Assembly (NCBI GenBank): GCA_964016885.1
Contig: OZ024746.1
Location: forward strand, 30,442,001-30,506,000
Source of the DNA: Eledone cirrhosa
Taxonomy: Eukaryota
Direction: 5' to 3'
DNA length: 64,000 nt
The notes under the pieces were generated by a model. That model was not told the origin of the DNA. It did no database searches and saw only the letters and a list, made by a program, of their open reading frames with translations. Made by a program: the position numbers and the translations under genes. This document shows, one piece after another, positions 13,705-27,689 of the stretch; the first letter of the stretch is position 1, and each line of letters opens with the position of its first letter.

Positions 13705-14597
13705 ATTTTATCGAGTTTATATTCATAGAAATCTGGGACTTGTCTCTTTCTTCTCACTTTCTGTTGCTTAAACCATTTTGTTTGTTCACCCTAACGTTCT
13801 CTTTATTTACGTGTCCCAACGACTTTTTTTAGCCGTTGTTCGCACCAACCTGAGGTATATGGCCCTTAAAGCGATGAAATGCCTAGGACGGTTGGAGGGT
13901 CACTGATGAAGGACTCACTTTTTTATATGTAACCCATTTGCAACGCCGCAGCTCCATTATTATCATATTTACACATATATTTTTTTCCTCTGCTGCCACC
14001 CGTCTGTTTCGTTCTTTGTATCTTTACCCTTTCTAGCAGTCTCTCTCTCTGTTAGCCTCTTCCTCAACTTTCACTCACTCATACCCTGTCACTAGCTCTC
14101 CTCCTCTCCTCTTTCTTCCCGCTTGACCTGTCCGATTTCTTTTCTCGCGCACTCTTGGCCAAGCCGGTATGAAATTTTTTTTCTCTCTCTCTCTCGTCTG
14201 CGTCTTCACAGAACTTATGTTTACCGAATTCGCAGACCAGACCCCTTCTTCTTCCTCCCGTTAGACCTGTGCGAAATTCCTTCCTTGCTCACATTTCAAC
14301 CAGGTCTGATGGTCTTTATTCTCTAGTTCACGATTTTATCGAGTTTATATTCATAGAAATCTGGGACTTGTCTCTTTCTTCTCACTTTCTGTTGCTTAAA
14401 CCATTTTGTTTGTTCACCCTAACGTTCTCTTTATTTACGTGTCCCAACGACTTTTTTTAGCCGTTGTTCGCACCAACCTGAGGTATATGGCCCTTAAAGC
14501 GATGAAATGCCTAGGACAGTTGGAGGGTCACTGATGAAGGACTCACTTTTTTATATGTAACCCATTTGCAACGCCGCCGCTCCATTATTATCATATT

Positions 14598-14600
<3 letters not shown>
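13705..14600 (+). mobile_element. Element with ~268-bp terminal direct repeats (628-bp period, 1.4 units) between (TA)n runs
   Basis: 13705-13972 is almost identical to 14333-14600. Each repeat holds a degenerate HHR-like fold (13845-13895, 14473-14523). Confidence 0.6.
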
Positions 14601-14658
<58 letters not shown>

Positions 14659-14662
14659 TGTA

Positions 14663-14690
<28 letters not shown>

Positions 14691-14693
<3 letters not shown>

Positions 14694-15215
14694 CAGGTCG
14701 CCTCAAGTGCTACTGGTAACATGTAACCCAGTACAACCTATCTCATGGTCGGGTCGTCGGCGACTAAACCAGCAACCCCACCAAGCTTGCTTGGTGAGGA
14801 GGGTGATATTTGGACACCTTATGGGATGAAATACAAGACCCGACAAAGGACAGAGAAACTCACCAGAGTCAACGGCCATCCAAATAGTACTTTTTTTTTA
14901 CCTGTGAGTGAAAGGCCCCCAGTTGTTGTCACAACACCTTTCTAGGAGAGGGAAACTCTGAAAAAAACCCTGCGGTTTCGGATGCACCCGATGATGTTGA
15001 CCAGCTCTCCTTTTCGGGTAGTGTTTTTAGTGTTTTCAATGCTCAGAGAGTGGGATTGGTCGAGTGCAAGGCTTTTCCCCACTTAAAAAACCTTCGAATC
15101 ACAGGCATTGCTTATTCAGGTTATATTACAGGTTCGTGTGGCTGGCCGTAGCCTAAAAGTGCACCAAAGTCTGTAATCTGACATGCGATTGCAGTACTCT
15201 TAGCAGAGTTTTCAA
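14691..15215 (+). mobile_element. Diverged copy of RTE-like non-autonomous element
   Basis: Homologous to 40691-41294 (CCCAGTACAACCT..CTCATGGTCGGGTCG, GAGGAGGGTGA, TCTAGGAGAG.GAAACTCT, CAGAGTTTTCAA). Confidence 0.6.
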
Positions 15216-15223
15216 CCATCATA

Positions 15224-15276
<53 letters not shown>

Positions 15277-15299
15277 ATATATATAACATATATATAAAT

Positions 15300-15373
<74 letters not shown>

Positions 15374-16483
15374 GGGGAGTGTCTTTGTACATATATAATA
15401 GTCCCTAATTTAGCAAGGGCAAGTCGATTAAATTGATCCCTGTACTTGACTGGTATATTATTTTATCGACCCTGAAGACAAATTAATGGACGTGAATATA
15501 ATTTTATATGAATGTATTTGTAGCTAAAAAAGAACCCCAGAATATATGTTGTGGGAAAAACAACAACAAAATAGCCAACAAGTAAACAAGCTTCTTAAGC
15601 GGAATATCTCGATTGGTAGCGCAGTAAATTACAGCGATAAAATATTTTTAAATTGGATAAATTCATTAATCTTGACAACTAAAATTAATTGAATTTTTGC
15701 GAAAATATCATTTATTACAGAAATGTTATACTGTACAACAAAAAAGAAAATACTACCCGAACTGATGAGGGAAGTACTATATGGTCAATATACATGCTAG
15801 AAATAGCAGCATTTGGATCACACCTACCGTTTCAAAAACTGGAACAAAATGATACATGAAATATATCTAAAAAGAATTATGGTAATGTCGCAGCTGGATT
15901 GTCTTTGGTATGTTCTCTGCACGAATATGCATGGATTGTTACTAAACAAAATGAGTAGCGAGCAAAAGAAAAAAATTGCATCTATCTGGTCCAACCATCT
16001 GCTAGAAATAGCAGCATTTTAATTGCACCCTATTGTATAGAAACCTTGAAGGATACATTGGTTATTGCTGTCTCACACAGTGGATCCTTCGTCGGTGTCG
16101 ACAATGAGCATCTAATCATTCAACTCGGAAATTAACGTGGTTAGCTATTCACCACACACGTAAATACTTAAAGTAATTCCACAACCGATTCAAAGTGGCC
16201 ACGTTTGTGACAAGGCTAGATCTTTAAATTATAGTTACCAACAATCTTATATTAGATTCCAGTAATTCCACAGCGAGATCTCGGTAACAATATATGTGAC
16301 AAGGCGAGAGCTTACAGACAAGCTTCTAAAGTTTCCATCCATTCAAACCTAATTTCCTTATCTAATTCTGTTTTTGCTATTACTTAATTATTTACAACAA
16401 AGAATTTAACTTGAACAATATGGTATCATAACTCCCCAGTACCTTGTTTTGGTAACAGACATGCGGGCTAATAAAAGACAAAT

Positions 16484-16549
<66 letters not shown>

Positions 16550-16657
16550 CGAAGGAAAGGAACCAGATGGACCATAACGCACCACTCACGTAAACACTTA
16601 AAGTAATTCCAAAACCGTCGAAACGGCTTGAGCTCTGCCGTTGGGGTCATACTTGTT

Positions 16658-16719
<62 letters not shown>

Positions 16720-16768
16720 AGTATGTATGTATACGTACATACATGTATGTATACAGAAGTACAGTAGC

Positions 16769-16830
<62 letters not shown>

Positions 16831-16833
<3 letters not shown>

Positions 16834-17339
16834 AAAACAAATAACGAAACGAAATTAAATTTCGTTTCGTTTGTAACTCACTTTTGTATGACTGACGCTT
16901 AAACAATTAAGTTAAAAATGTACATCCACATATGTATACTGAAATACTAGTATGCATATGAATACTCAAACGTGCACATATGTAGATGTACCGAGTTTTT
17001 CACTGGACACTTTACTGTGAGTGTTCAGCTATTCTGTATGTAAACACACAGTGGCTTTCTGGAGAATAGAGGAAAGGTGTTTCCTCGAAAACCAGTATGA
17101 CTCTAAAAACCGGTTTGTCTGTGTGTTTACATACAGAATAGCTGAACACTCACAGTAAAGTGTCCAGTGAAAAACTCGGTACATCTACATATGTACACGT
17201 GTGTGTATTCATATGCATACTAGTATTTCAGTATACATATGTGGATGTACATTTTTAACTTAATTGTTTAAGCGTCAGTCATACAAAAGTGAGTTACAAA
17301 CGAAACGAAATTTAATTTCGTTTCGTTATTTGTTTTTAT
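16831..17339. repeat. ~220-bp inverted repeat (16831-17051 / 17119-17339) with ~67-bp spacer
   Basis: Arms are reverse complements with very few mismatches. The terminus resembles the 463-bp unit end. The left end abuts (TA)n. Confidence 0.85.
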
Positions 17340-17559
17340 CGTCTCCGCTGAACCGGTACGTACTCACGCTCTATGCAAATTAGTCTGCCCACTACTTGAA
17401 ACTAGTACATCGTTCCTGTGTCAGTGTTGAACAAAAAGGTGACGTGGTTGCCTTAACACCGTACGGCATAAATCAGGCTGTCCGTTTGTTTACAAACGAA
17501 CAAAGCGAACATTATAATAAATGTTCGCTAAACTGATACGTACATATATATATGTTTGC

Positions 17560-17631
<72 letters not shown>

Positions 17632-17730
17632 GCTACTGTACTTCTGTATACATATATGTATGTACGTATACATACATACTTGCATTTAAGTAAGTGCCGT
17701 ACTAAGAGTGAGAAATGAAATTTCGTTTCA
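17340..17730 (+). mobile_element. Diverged, internally deleted copy of the 463-bp unit
   Basis: TATGCAAATTAG...CTTGAAACTAGTACATCGTTCCTGTGTCAGTG...GAGAAATGAAATTTCGTTTC. The 5' half of the HHR (CTGATGA) is deleted and the internal TA tract is expanded. Confidence 0.85.
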
Positions 17731-17744
17731 TTCTATTCTATCTA

Positions 17745-17779
<35 letters not shown>

Positions 17780-17948
17780 TTATGTCAGTTCGATTCCTGG
17801 ACCGGGCGATACGTTATGTCCTTGAGCAAGACACTTTATTTCGCGTTGCCCCCTCTACCTGGAGTTGCGACCGATAGATTGTATTAGCAATTGGAAAGAC
17901 CAACGGAAACATTGTTTCCTCGGTCCGATTTGACGAAATTCGATCGAC

Positions 17949-18013
<65 letters not shown>

Positions 18014-18106
18014 CACACAACACACAAAAATAAGGTGGTGTATGACAGAACAAAGGAGAGACACAAAATAACAAATTAGTCACTGAGGAGGTCATGGGTT
18101 TTCGTG

Positions 18107-21100
18107 GCCTTTCTCAGTTTACGATGACTTACCAGCTATATATAAGGGATAATAGAGACCTCTTTCTCAATCCACCATGCCTAAACAGTTATACATAAGT
18201 AGTATTCGATACCTTTCTCAGTTCACTATGGCATATCAGTTATACATACGGGACTTTTAATACCTTCCCGAGCGTTCCAAGGCGCACCAGTTATATATAA
18301 GGGATATTTGATACCTATCTCAATCCACCAAGGCTCACCAGTTATATATAAGGGATATTTGATACCTATCTCAATCCACCAAGGCTCACCAGTTATATAT
18401 AAGGGATATTTGATACCTATCTCAATCCACCAAGGCTCACCAATTATATATAAGGGATATTTGATACCTATCTCAATCCACCAAGGCTCACCAATTATAT
18501 ATAAGGGATATTTGATACCTATCTCAATCCACCAAGGCGCACCAGTTATATATAAGGGATATTTGATACCTATCTGAATCCACCAAGGCTCACCAGTTAT
18601 ATATAAGGGATATTTGATACCTATCTGAATCCACCAAGGCTCACCAGTTATATATAAAGGACATTTGATACCTATCTCAATCCACCAAGGCTCACCAGTT
18701 ATATATAAAGGACATTTGATACCTATCTCAATCCACCAAGGCTCACCAGTTATATATAAAGGACATTTGATACCTATCTCAATCAACCAAGGCTCACCAG
18801 TTATATATAAAGGACATTTGATACCTATCTCAATCCACCAAGGCTCACCAGTTATATATAAAGGACATTTGATACCTATCTCAATCCACCAAGGCTCACC
18901 AGTTATATATAAAGGACATTTGATACCTATCTCAATCCACCAAGGCTCACCAGTTATATATAAAGGACATTTGATACCTATCTCAATCCACCAAGGCTCA
19001 CCAGTTATATATAAAGGACATTTGATACCTATCTCAATCCACCAAGGCTCATCAGTTATATATAAAGGACATTTGATACCTATCTCAATCCACCAAGGCT
19101 CACCAGTTATATATAAAGGACATTTGATACCTATCTCAATCCACCAAGGCTCACCAATTATATATAAGGGATATTTGATACCTATCTCAATCCACCAAGG
19201 CTCACCAGTTATATATAAGGGATATTTGATACCTATCTCAATCCACCAAGGCTCACCAATTATATATAAGGGATATTTGATACCTATCTCAATCCACCAA
19301 GGCTCACCAGTTATATATAAGGGATATTTGATACCTATCTCAATCCACCAAGGCTCGCCAGTTATATATAAGGGATATTTGATACCTATCTCAATCCACC
19401 AAGGCTCACCAGTTATATATAAAGGACATTTGATACCTATCTCAATCCACCAAGGCTCACCAGTTATATATAAGGGATATTTGATACCTATCTCAATCCA
19501 CCAAGGCTCACCAGTTATATATAAGGGACATTTGATACCTATCTCAATCCACCAAGGCTCACCGGTTATATATAAGGGATATTTGATACCTATCTCAATC
19601 CACCAAGGCTCACCAGTTATATATAAAGGACATTTGATACCTATCTCAATCCACCAAGGCTCACCAGTTATATATAAAGGACATTTGATACCTATCTCAA
19701 TGCACCAAGGCTCACCGGTTATATATAAGGGATATTTGATACCTATCTCAATCCACCAAGGCTCACCAGTTATATATAAAGGACATTTGATACCTATCTC
19801 AATCCACCAAGGCTCACCAGTTATATATAAAGGACATTTGATACCTATCTCAATCCACCAAGGCTCACCAGTTATATATAAAGGACATTTGATACCTATC
19901 TCAATCCACCAAGGCTCACCAGTTATATATAAAGGATATTTGATACCTATCTCAATCCACCAAGGCTCACCGGTTATATATAAGGGATATTTGATACCTA
20001 TCTCAATCTACCAAGGCTCACCAGTTATATATAAAGGACATTTGATACCTATCTCAATCCACCAAGGCTCACCAGTTATATATAAGGGATATTTGATACC
20101 TTCCCCAGTTCACCAAGGCAGGCTCACCAGTTATATATAAGGGATGTTTGATACCTTCCCCAGTTCACCAAGGCAGGCTCACCAGTTATATATAAGGGAT
20201 GTTTGATACCTTCCCCAGTTCACCAAGGCAGGCTCACCAGTTATATATAAGGGATATTTGATACCTTCCCCAGTTCACCAAGGCAGGCTCACCAGTTATA
20301 TATAAGGGATGTTTGATACCTTCCCCAGTTCACCAAGGCAGGCTCACCAGTTATATATAAGGGATATTTGATACCTTCCCCAGTTCACCAAGGCAGGCTC
20401 ACCAGTTATATATAAGGGATGTTTGATACCTTCCCCAGTTCACCAAGGCAGGCTCACCAGTTATATATAAGGGATAGTTGATACCTTCCCCAGTTCACCA
20501 AGGCTCTCCAGTTATATATAAGGGATATTCGATACCTTTCTTAGTCTGTATAGACTTACCAGCTATATCTAACTGGATTCCTTTCTCAGTCTGTATAGAC
20601 TTACCAGCTATATCTAACTGGATACCTTTCTCGGTCTGTATTGAATTACCAGCTATATCTAACTGGATTCCTTTCTCAGTCTGTATTGACTTACCAGCTA
20701 TATCTAACTGGATACCTTTCTTAGTCTGTATATACTTACCAGCTATATCCAACTGGATACCTTTCTCAGACTGTATAGACTTACCAGCTATATCTAACTG
20801 GATACCTTTCTCAGTCTGTATTGAATTACCAGCTATATCTAACTGGATTCCTTTCTCAGTCTGTATTGACTTACCAGCTATATCTAACTGGATACCTTTC
20901 TTAGTCTGTATAGACTTACCAGCTATATCTAACTGGATACCTTTCTCAGTCTGTATATACTTACCAGCTATATCCAACTGGATACCTTTCTCAGACTGTA
21001 TAGACTTACCAGCTATATCTAACTGGATACCTTTCTCAGTCTGTATTGAATTACCAGCTATACCTAACTGGATACCTTTCTTAGTCTGTATAGACTTACC

Positions 21101-21830
21101 AGCTATATCTAACTGGATACCTTTCTTAGTTTGTATAGACTTACCAGCTATATCCAACTGGATACCTTTCTCAGTCTGTGTAGACTTACCAGCTATATCT
21201 AACTGGATACCTTTCTCAGTCTGTGTAGACTTACCCGCTATATCTAACTGGATACCTTTCTTAGTCTGTATAGACTTACCAGCTATATCCAACTGGATAC
21301 CTTTCTCAGACTGTATTGAATTACCAGCTATATCTAACTGGATACATTTCTTAGTCTGTATAAACTTACCACTTATAACTAACTGGATACCTTTCTCAGA
21401 CTGTATAGACTTACCAGCTATATCTAACTGGATACCTTTCTTAGTATGTATAGACTTACCAGCTATATCTAACTGGATTCCTTTCTCAGACTGTATAGAC
21501 TTACCAGCTATATCTAACTGGATACCTTTCTCAGTCTGTATAGACTTACCAGCTATATCTAACTGAATACCTTTCTCGGTCTGTATAGACTTACCAGCTA
21601 TATCTAACTGGATCACTTTCTCAGTCTGTATAGACTTACCACTTATAACTAACTGGATTCCTTTCTCAGTCTGTATTGAATTACCAGCTATATCTAACTG
21701 GATACCTTTCTTAGTCTGTATAGACTTACCAGCTATATCTAACTGGATACCTTTCTCAGTCTCTATTGACTTACCAGCCATATCTAACTGGTATTCGATA
21801 CCTTTCCCAGTCCGCCATGGCATATCAGCT
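18107..21830. repeat. Compound minisatellite: 51-bp (~18277-20100, ~36 copies), 55-bp (20101-20485, 7 copies), 45-bp (20531-21790, ~28 copies)
   Basis: Periods read directly. All units share GATACCT..CTCA/CCCA..ACCAG(T/C)TATAT; degenerate units flank both sides. Confidence 0.95.
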
Positions 21831-22194
21831 TTACTCTGACGTTTAAATCGATTTATTGAATAAATAAGCTCAAACTTTGGATTGTGCATGCTACTGCAGT
21901 TGTTTAACACAAACTCGACTAAATAAAACGCAAAAAATATAATACTCTAGTTTACAGCTCTTTATAAACACCAATCTAAGTAAATATTGTTTATCGATTA
22001 GAATATCTCTACGATTTCACTAGACAGGAATTTCTATAACACAACATAGAAACATATTTCGTTTTAATGTCTGTGAATGTATGCGATGAGGTGTAAGGAG
22101 TAAGATGTTTATGCATCAACAATAGCAGGTTAATAAAGGGAACTATACATTGAAATATATTAAATTTAGTACAGGTTTGGTGGGGGTTATGACA

Positions 22195-22530
22195 TGCATC
22201 TCCGCCAGTTTCCAAGATGAGTGTTCCAGTTGTTCGATCACCGGAACAGCCTGCTCATACAATTAACGACACCTCTACTCTTAATGTAATTCACTCAGAG
22301 ATTCAGCATGAGACAGCAAGGTAAATCTGACCCTTTGAATTACAGCTAGACTCCATCCATTCGACAGACTTCCAAACAGTTTTCCGTCTATTCAATTTCA
22401 CTCACAGGGTATTGGTCGAATTGAGACTATGGTAAATGACACAGGCCCAAGATGGCACACAATGGAATCGATCTCAGGAACTCATGATTGTAAAACGAGT
22501 TCTCCATAGCTATTCGGCCATGCTTCGACC
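22195..22530 (-). mobile_element. SINE family 1-related fragments, diverged
   Basis: Shares GAGATTCAGC, CCCTTTGAATTACAG and CAGTTT..GTCTA blocks with 10420-10778. Confidence 0.45.
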
Positions 22531-22952
22531 TCATGAATGTTAAAGCCACAAAAGAAAGAAATTTCCGCAAGGTATGTAAGAAAATGGCGTGTTAGTTATT
22601 TCAACATTACACGCTATTGCGGATCAGTGTATCTTGTAACATCCGGAAACAAGAATAGTGTCTGTAGTAAACAGAATCAAGGCGTGATATTATCTGTTAA
22701 ACAAATATCGCTATGACATGTGTGGAAAACCAACTAAACCTATATTCTGACATTCTGACATAGATTATTTCATCCACCCGCACCAAAGATCAATTATCAT
22801 TTTTTTTTCTTTCTTTATAAACAAAACAAAACAAAATGTCTTCCATCGGTCGAGCGAAACGCATTCATCGAAAATCTACTTTTTACAGTTGTATCAGTTT
22901 TGTTGTTGGTTTAGTACATATATATACATATATACATATACATACATACATA

Positions 22953-22998
<46 letters not shown>

Positions 22999-23005
22999 CA
23001 TACAT

Positions 23006-23048
<43 letters not shown>

Positions 23049-23055
23049 CATACAT

Positions 23056-23118
<63 letters not shown>

Positions 23119-24271
23119 CATACATACATACACATATATATATACATATTCGTGTATATATATATATATTCATATATAAGCGAATGTGTGTGTGTGTATG
23201 TCTATGTATGCGTCTGTGTTGTGTAGCTTTTATATCTTCAAACTTTGACTGCCGACCGTATCAGAGATCAAAGATATTTCAACCATTATTTGGTTCGATA
23301 AATAATTGTATTTCTTGCAACATCAATCAATATATTACATGGTGATCGAAATTACTAGTTTTAGAAAAAAGAAAAATAATTAAAAGAAATAAAACGAAAG
23401 AAAACAAGAAAACATTTGGTGGTGCTGATGTTTGATTCGTCCATCTATAAAAACAATTTCAGTGGAGGGAGAAAAGAAAAGAAAACGATGTCCCCGTTAT
23501 AGCACAGTCTCTCCCGTAAACTAACATCCACAACAACAGCATCAATGATAATGTTCAGTGATCATTTCCTTTAAAGCTTTGTTTTCTGCCTCAATTTGTA
23601 TCGATTCCTTTCCGCAAACTTCATACAGGTTTCTTTGAATGTGTGGTTCACATCTTGCGTTTCAATCTTCCAGCCCATTTTCAGTGCAAACCTCTTTTTA
23701 TAACGTCCAAAGATATTCATCTTAATGCCGTTTGCAAAGGATATATTTATAAATGCTAATTTGAATTTAAAATATTCCTCTGATGAATATTCACCGACAG
23801 AATCACTAACATCGGTAGAGTGCCTTGTGAATAAATTGTGGTAACTCGTAATTTCATTGTTTTTCTTTTGTTTTATTTATTATCTTCTTTTCATTGTACG
23901 GTCTCAGTTCAAATCCTTTTGGCATCATTTTGACTTTCACTAATCCGAGGGCGTGTCAATAAAACAGGTGGTTGTCATGAACTGTGTCCAATTTGATCTG
24001 TCTCCCAATAAAATATCTGACTTTGTGCCAATGTTACAAATCTAAATGTCATATACGGGCATAGACATAGCCCTAGGATTAAGAAGTTCGCAGACTTATC
24101 CATGGGATTACGAAGTTTGTAGACATAGTCATTTGTAATAATAAGTAGACATAGCCAAGTGGTTCTCGGTTTCACTTCACTGTACGGCATTTCAGACCAG
24201 AGTCATCTATTAAAATCTAAGGTTGAATAATCCACTGTTGGTATAATTTGTTAGACAAAAGCTGATCTCGT

Positions 24272-24333
<62 letters not shown>

Positions 24334-24604
24334 ACACCCTACAGCGATCATGTTTAATTTCGTAGTATGTACCATGCTATCTCTAAGGGGCCCATGCAGT
24401 CACGAGTTGAAACAGGTGCCCTCTCGACCCTCACTCTTATGATCTAGTACAATATCCAGTATGTGCGAATTTGAAGGACAAAGAGAGCTGCACCAACACA
24501 GGGCTGCTACTTTCTTTATCGACCGTAAACAGATGAAATGCAAAGTGAACCTTGGCGGCATTTGAATTCAGAACGCAGAGATCAAATATACAACACTCTC
24601 TCTA

Positions 24605-24693
<89 letters not shown>

Positions 24694-25112
24694 TGATGTG
24701 AAATGCAATGAAGCGAAAAAGTACTCAATCTATTAAGGGTAGTCGAATAAGATTTATTCAAAGCTGAGTCGGAGTCACATACATTTATGTGTGTGTGTAT
24801 GTCTGTGAGTATGAGAATGTGCTTTTATGTTCACGCGGGTGTGTGTGTCAGGGTTGGTTGGCCGATAAATAAAAACTGATAAACATAAGTAGTAGACAAT
24901 GTACTGAGATCGATAAATATTGACTAAAAAACCTTTGAAGGTGGTGCCCAAGGCTTCATCTACAGTTCACTGGTTGTAAGTAACAAAATACTAAAAAAAA
25001 TAATAGAATTTCTCCAAATACTCCCACACCGGCAAATTCCACTATTTATTTGTCGACTCCGAGATCTGGTTACAATCGATTTCCTATATAAATATATAGA
25101 TCTAGATCTAGT

Positions 25113-25163
<51 letters not shown>

Positions 25164-25278
25164 ATATCCTTTCTTTGGGTGGCGTCTTACTAGAAATAGA
25201 GACAATCATTTTAAAGATGTATTTGTCCGGAAACGTAAATATTTTAAGTATATTAACATTAGTTTATTATATTGTGTA

Positions 25279-25317
<39 letters not shown>

Positions 25318-25370
25318 TATATACACAGATATATATATATATATATATATACAGATATATGTATATATAC

Positions 25371-25417
<47 letters not shown>

Positions 25418-25424
25418 TGCGTCT

Positions 25425-25750
25425 GTGTATTTGTTTTGCAAGATTCTTGATGTGAGATCGTGTGTTGAAATAGATATTATTACATATGGGGATGGTCATG
25501 TTGCCAATATTGGCAATAAAAAACGCACACCCTATTTCATTTAAACTTCGGCTTTATTATTAATTATTAGTAAGACAAGATAGAATAAACAAAATAAAAC
25601 CAGAAAGAAGAGGAGGCACAGAGGAAAACAAATAGTCATGACAAAAGAATTTGACAATCTAGCTAATAACTAATAATATAGCTGCAGTGAAAATCAAATA
25701 ATGTGTGTGTTTTTATTGGCAGTATTGGCAGCATGACCAAACCTAAATAT
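25425..25750. mobile_element. Diverged inverted-repeat copy of the 27206-27695 family (HHR core deleted)
   Basis: GCAAGATTCTT..GTGTGTTGAAA..GGTCATGTTGCCAAT, with the inverted ATTGGCAGCATGACC downstream. AGTCA|TGACAAAAGAATTTGACAAT is the collapsed HHR region. Confidence 0.6.
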
Positions 25751-25766
25751 AAGAATATATATATAA

Positions 25767-25879
<113 letters not shown>

Positions 25880-25906
25880 CATATATATATACATATATAT
25901 ATATAC

Positions 25907-25987
<81 letters not shown>

Positions 25988-26070
25988 TATATATATACAT
26001 ATAAATATATATATTATAGAAGTGGATGTTTAATAACCGTTTGTTTCGCTACTTTTATAAATATATATAT

Positions 26071-26103
<33 letters not shown>

Positions 26104-26120
26104 CACACATATATATATAT

Positions 26121-26182
<62 letters not shown>

Positions 26183-26278
26183 GAAGTAATTCCATCGGAA
26201 AAGTCCAGGAAAAAAGAGTGCTCTATGTAGGCAACAGAGCTTAATTATTATTATGTAATAAACAACATAAGACAATTA

Positions 26279-26338
26279 TTCCATTTACCAGTGGTTTCTT
26301 AAAAGCAAAGGGTTTTGCTTTCAATCCTCAGAATGAAA
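26279..26338 (-). ncRNA. Type I hammerhead ribozyme motif (family 2, left copy)
   Basis: Reverse complement of 27023-27082. Confidence 0.78.
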
Positions 26339-26494
26339 ATATCCTGGTTTGTTTATTGAATTTGGATTTTAAAAACAAAAATGCAATCTATATGAAAGTG
26401 AGGCTGGAGAAGGAAGAAGGAAAGGAAAAATAAAATAAAACTACACATGCAAACACACACACAAAAACACAAAAGCATACATACACACACATAC

Positions 26495-26539
<45 letters not shown>

Positions 26540-26674
26540 TACACATATATATAAAACATACACTTATATACACATACACATACATATACACGTACATACA
26601 TTCATACATACACACACACACACACACACGCACACACACACACATATATACACACATATATATACATATATATG

Positions 26675-26705
<31 letters not shown>

Positions 26706-26826
26706 ATATATGTGTGTGTGTGTGTGTGTATGTATGAATGTATGTACGTGTATATGTGTATGTATGTGTATGTGTATATAAGTGTATGTTTTATATATAT
26801 ATGTGTATGTGTATATATGTAGATAT

Positions 26827-26866
<40 letters not shown>

Positions 26867-27022
26867 GTATGTGTGTGTATGTATGTTTTTGTGCTTTTGT
26901 GTGTGTGTTTGCATGTGTAGTTTTATTTTATTTTTCCTTTCCTTCTTCCTTCTCCAGCCTCACTTTCATATAGATTGCATTTTTGTTTTTAAAATCCAAA
27001 TTCAATAAACAAACCAGGATTT

Positions 27023-27082
27023 TTTCATTCTGAGGATTGAAAGCAAAACCCTTTGCTTTTAAGAAACCACTGGTAAATGGAA
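27023..27082 (+). ncRNA. Type I hammerhead ribozyme motif (family 2, right copy)
   Basis: TTTCATT-CTGAGGA-TTGAAAGCAAA(ACCC)TTTGCTTTTAA-GAAA-CCACTGG-TA-AATGGAA: 7-bp stem I, 11-bp stem II, short near-palindromic stem III, GUA triplet with predicted cut after 27075. Confidence 0.8.
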
Positions 27083-27205
27083 TAATTGCCTTATGTTGTT
27101 TATTACATAATAATAATTAAGCTCTGTTGCCTACATAGAGCACTCTTTTTTCCTGGACTTTTCCGATGGAATTACTTCATTTATATATATATATATATAT
27201 ATATA

Positions 27206-27689
27206 TTTCGTTTCTGAATTTGTTTAGCAAGATTCTTTATCTGAAAACGTGTGTTGAAACCGATATTGTTATGCTTTGGGAGGGTCATGTTGCCAATTAG
27301 AAACACACGCACCAGTTGCTTTCACTTCAATTTATAAATTTAGGAATTTATAAATTTCCGGTTGGTTGGTTGGTTGGTTGGTTGGTTGGTTCCACAACCA
27401 GACGATTGTTCATATATTGTCAAAGTTCTTTCGTCACACATTCAGATGGCGTAGGACAGAACAAAGGAGAGGCACAAAAACAAAGAAAAGAATCCCCAGT
27501 CACTGAAGAGCTCACAGAATGTGTGACGAAAGAACTTTGACAATATATGAACAATCGTCTGGTTGTGGAACCAACCAACCAACAGGAAATTTATAAATTC
27601 CTAAATTTATATATTTAATTTATAATAAATTGAAGTGAATGCAACTGGTGCGTGTGTTTCTTATTGGCAATATGACCCTCCCAAAGCAT

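Larger units (their letters stand above)
26179..27182. mobile_element. ~1-kb palindrome: two head-to-head copies of a second HHR-bearing element
   Basis: 26179-~26495 is the reverse complement of ~26865-27182, with a mirrored microsatellite core. Both outer ends enter (TA)n. Confidence 0.85.

Noticed and set aside
13903-13920. CTGATGAAGG as a hammerhead core
   Set aside because: No downstream stem II or GAAA.
14696-14770. HDV-like ribozyme (GGTCGCC/GGCGACT 7-bp helix with G-U)
   Set aside because: P1.1, P2 and P3 could not be assigned, and the pairing is not kept in the other copies.
15762-15815. CTGATGAG...GAAATAG as a hammerhead
   Set aside because: No convincing stem I or II and no NUH triplet at the right position.
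23545-23725. Possible host exon on minus strand (..ESIQIEAENKALKEMITEH)
   Set aside because: Short, no good splice acceptor, no recognisable domain and no partner exons.
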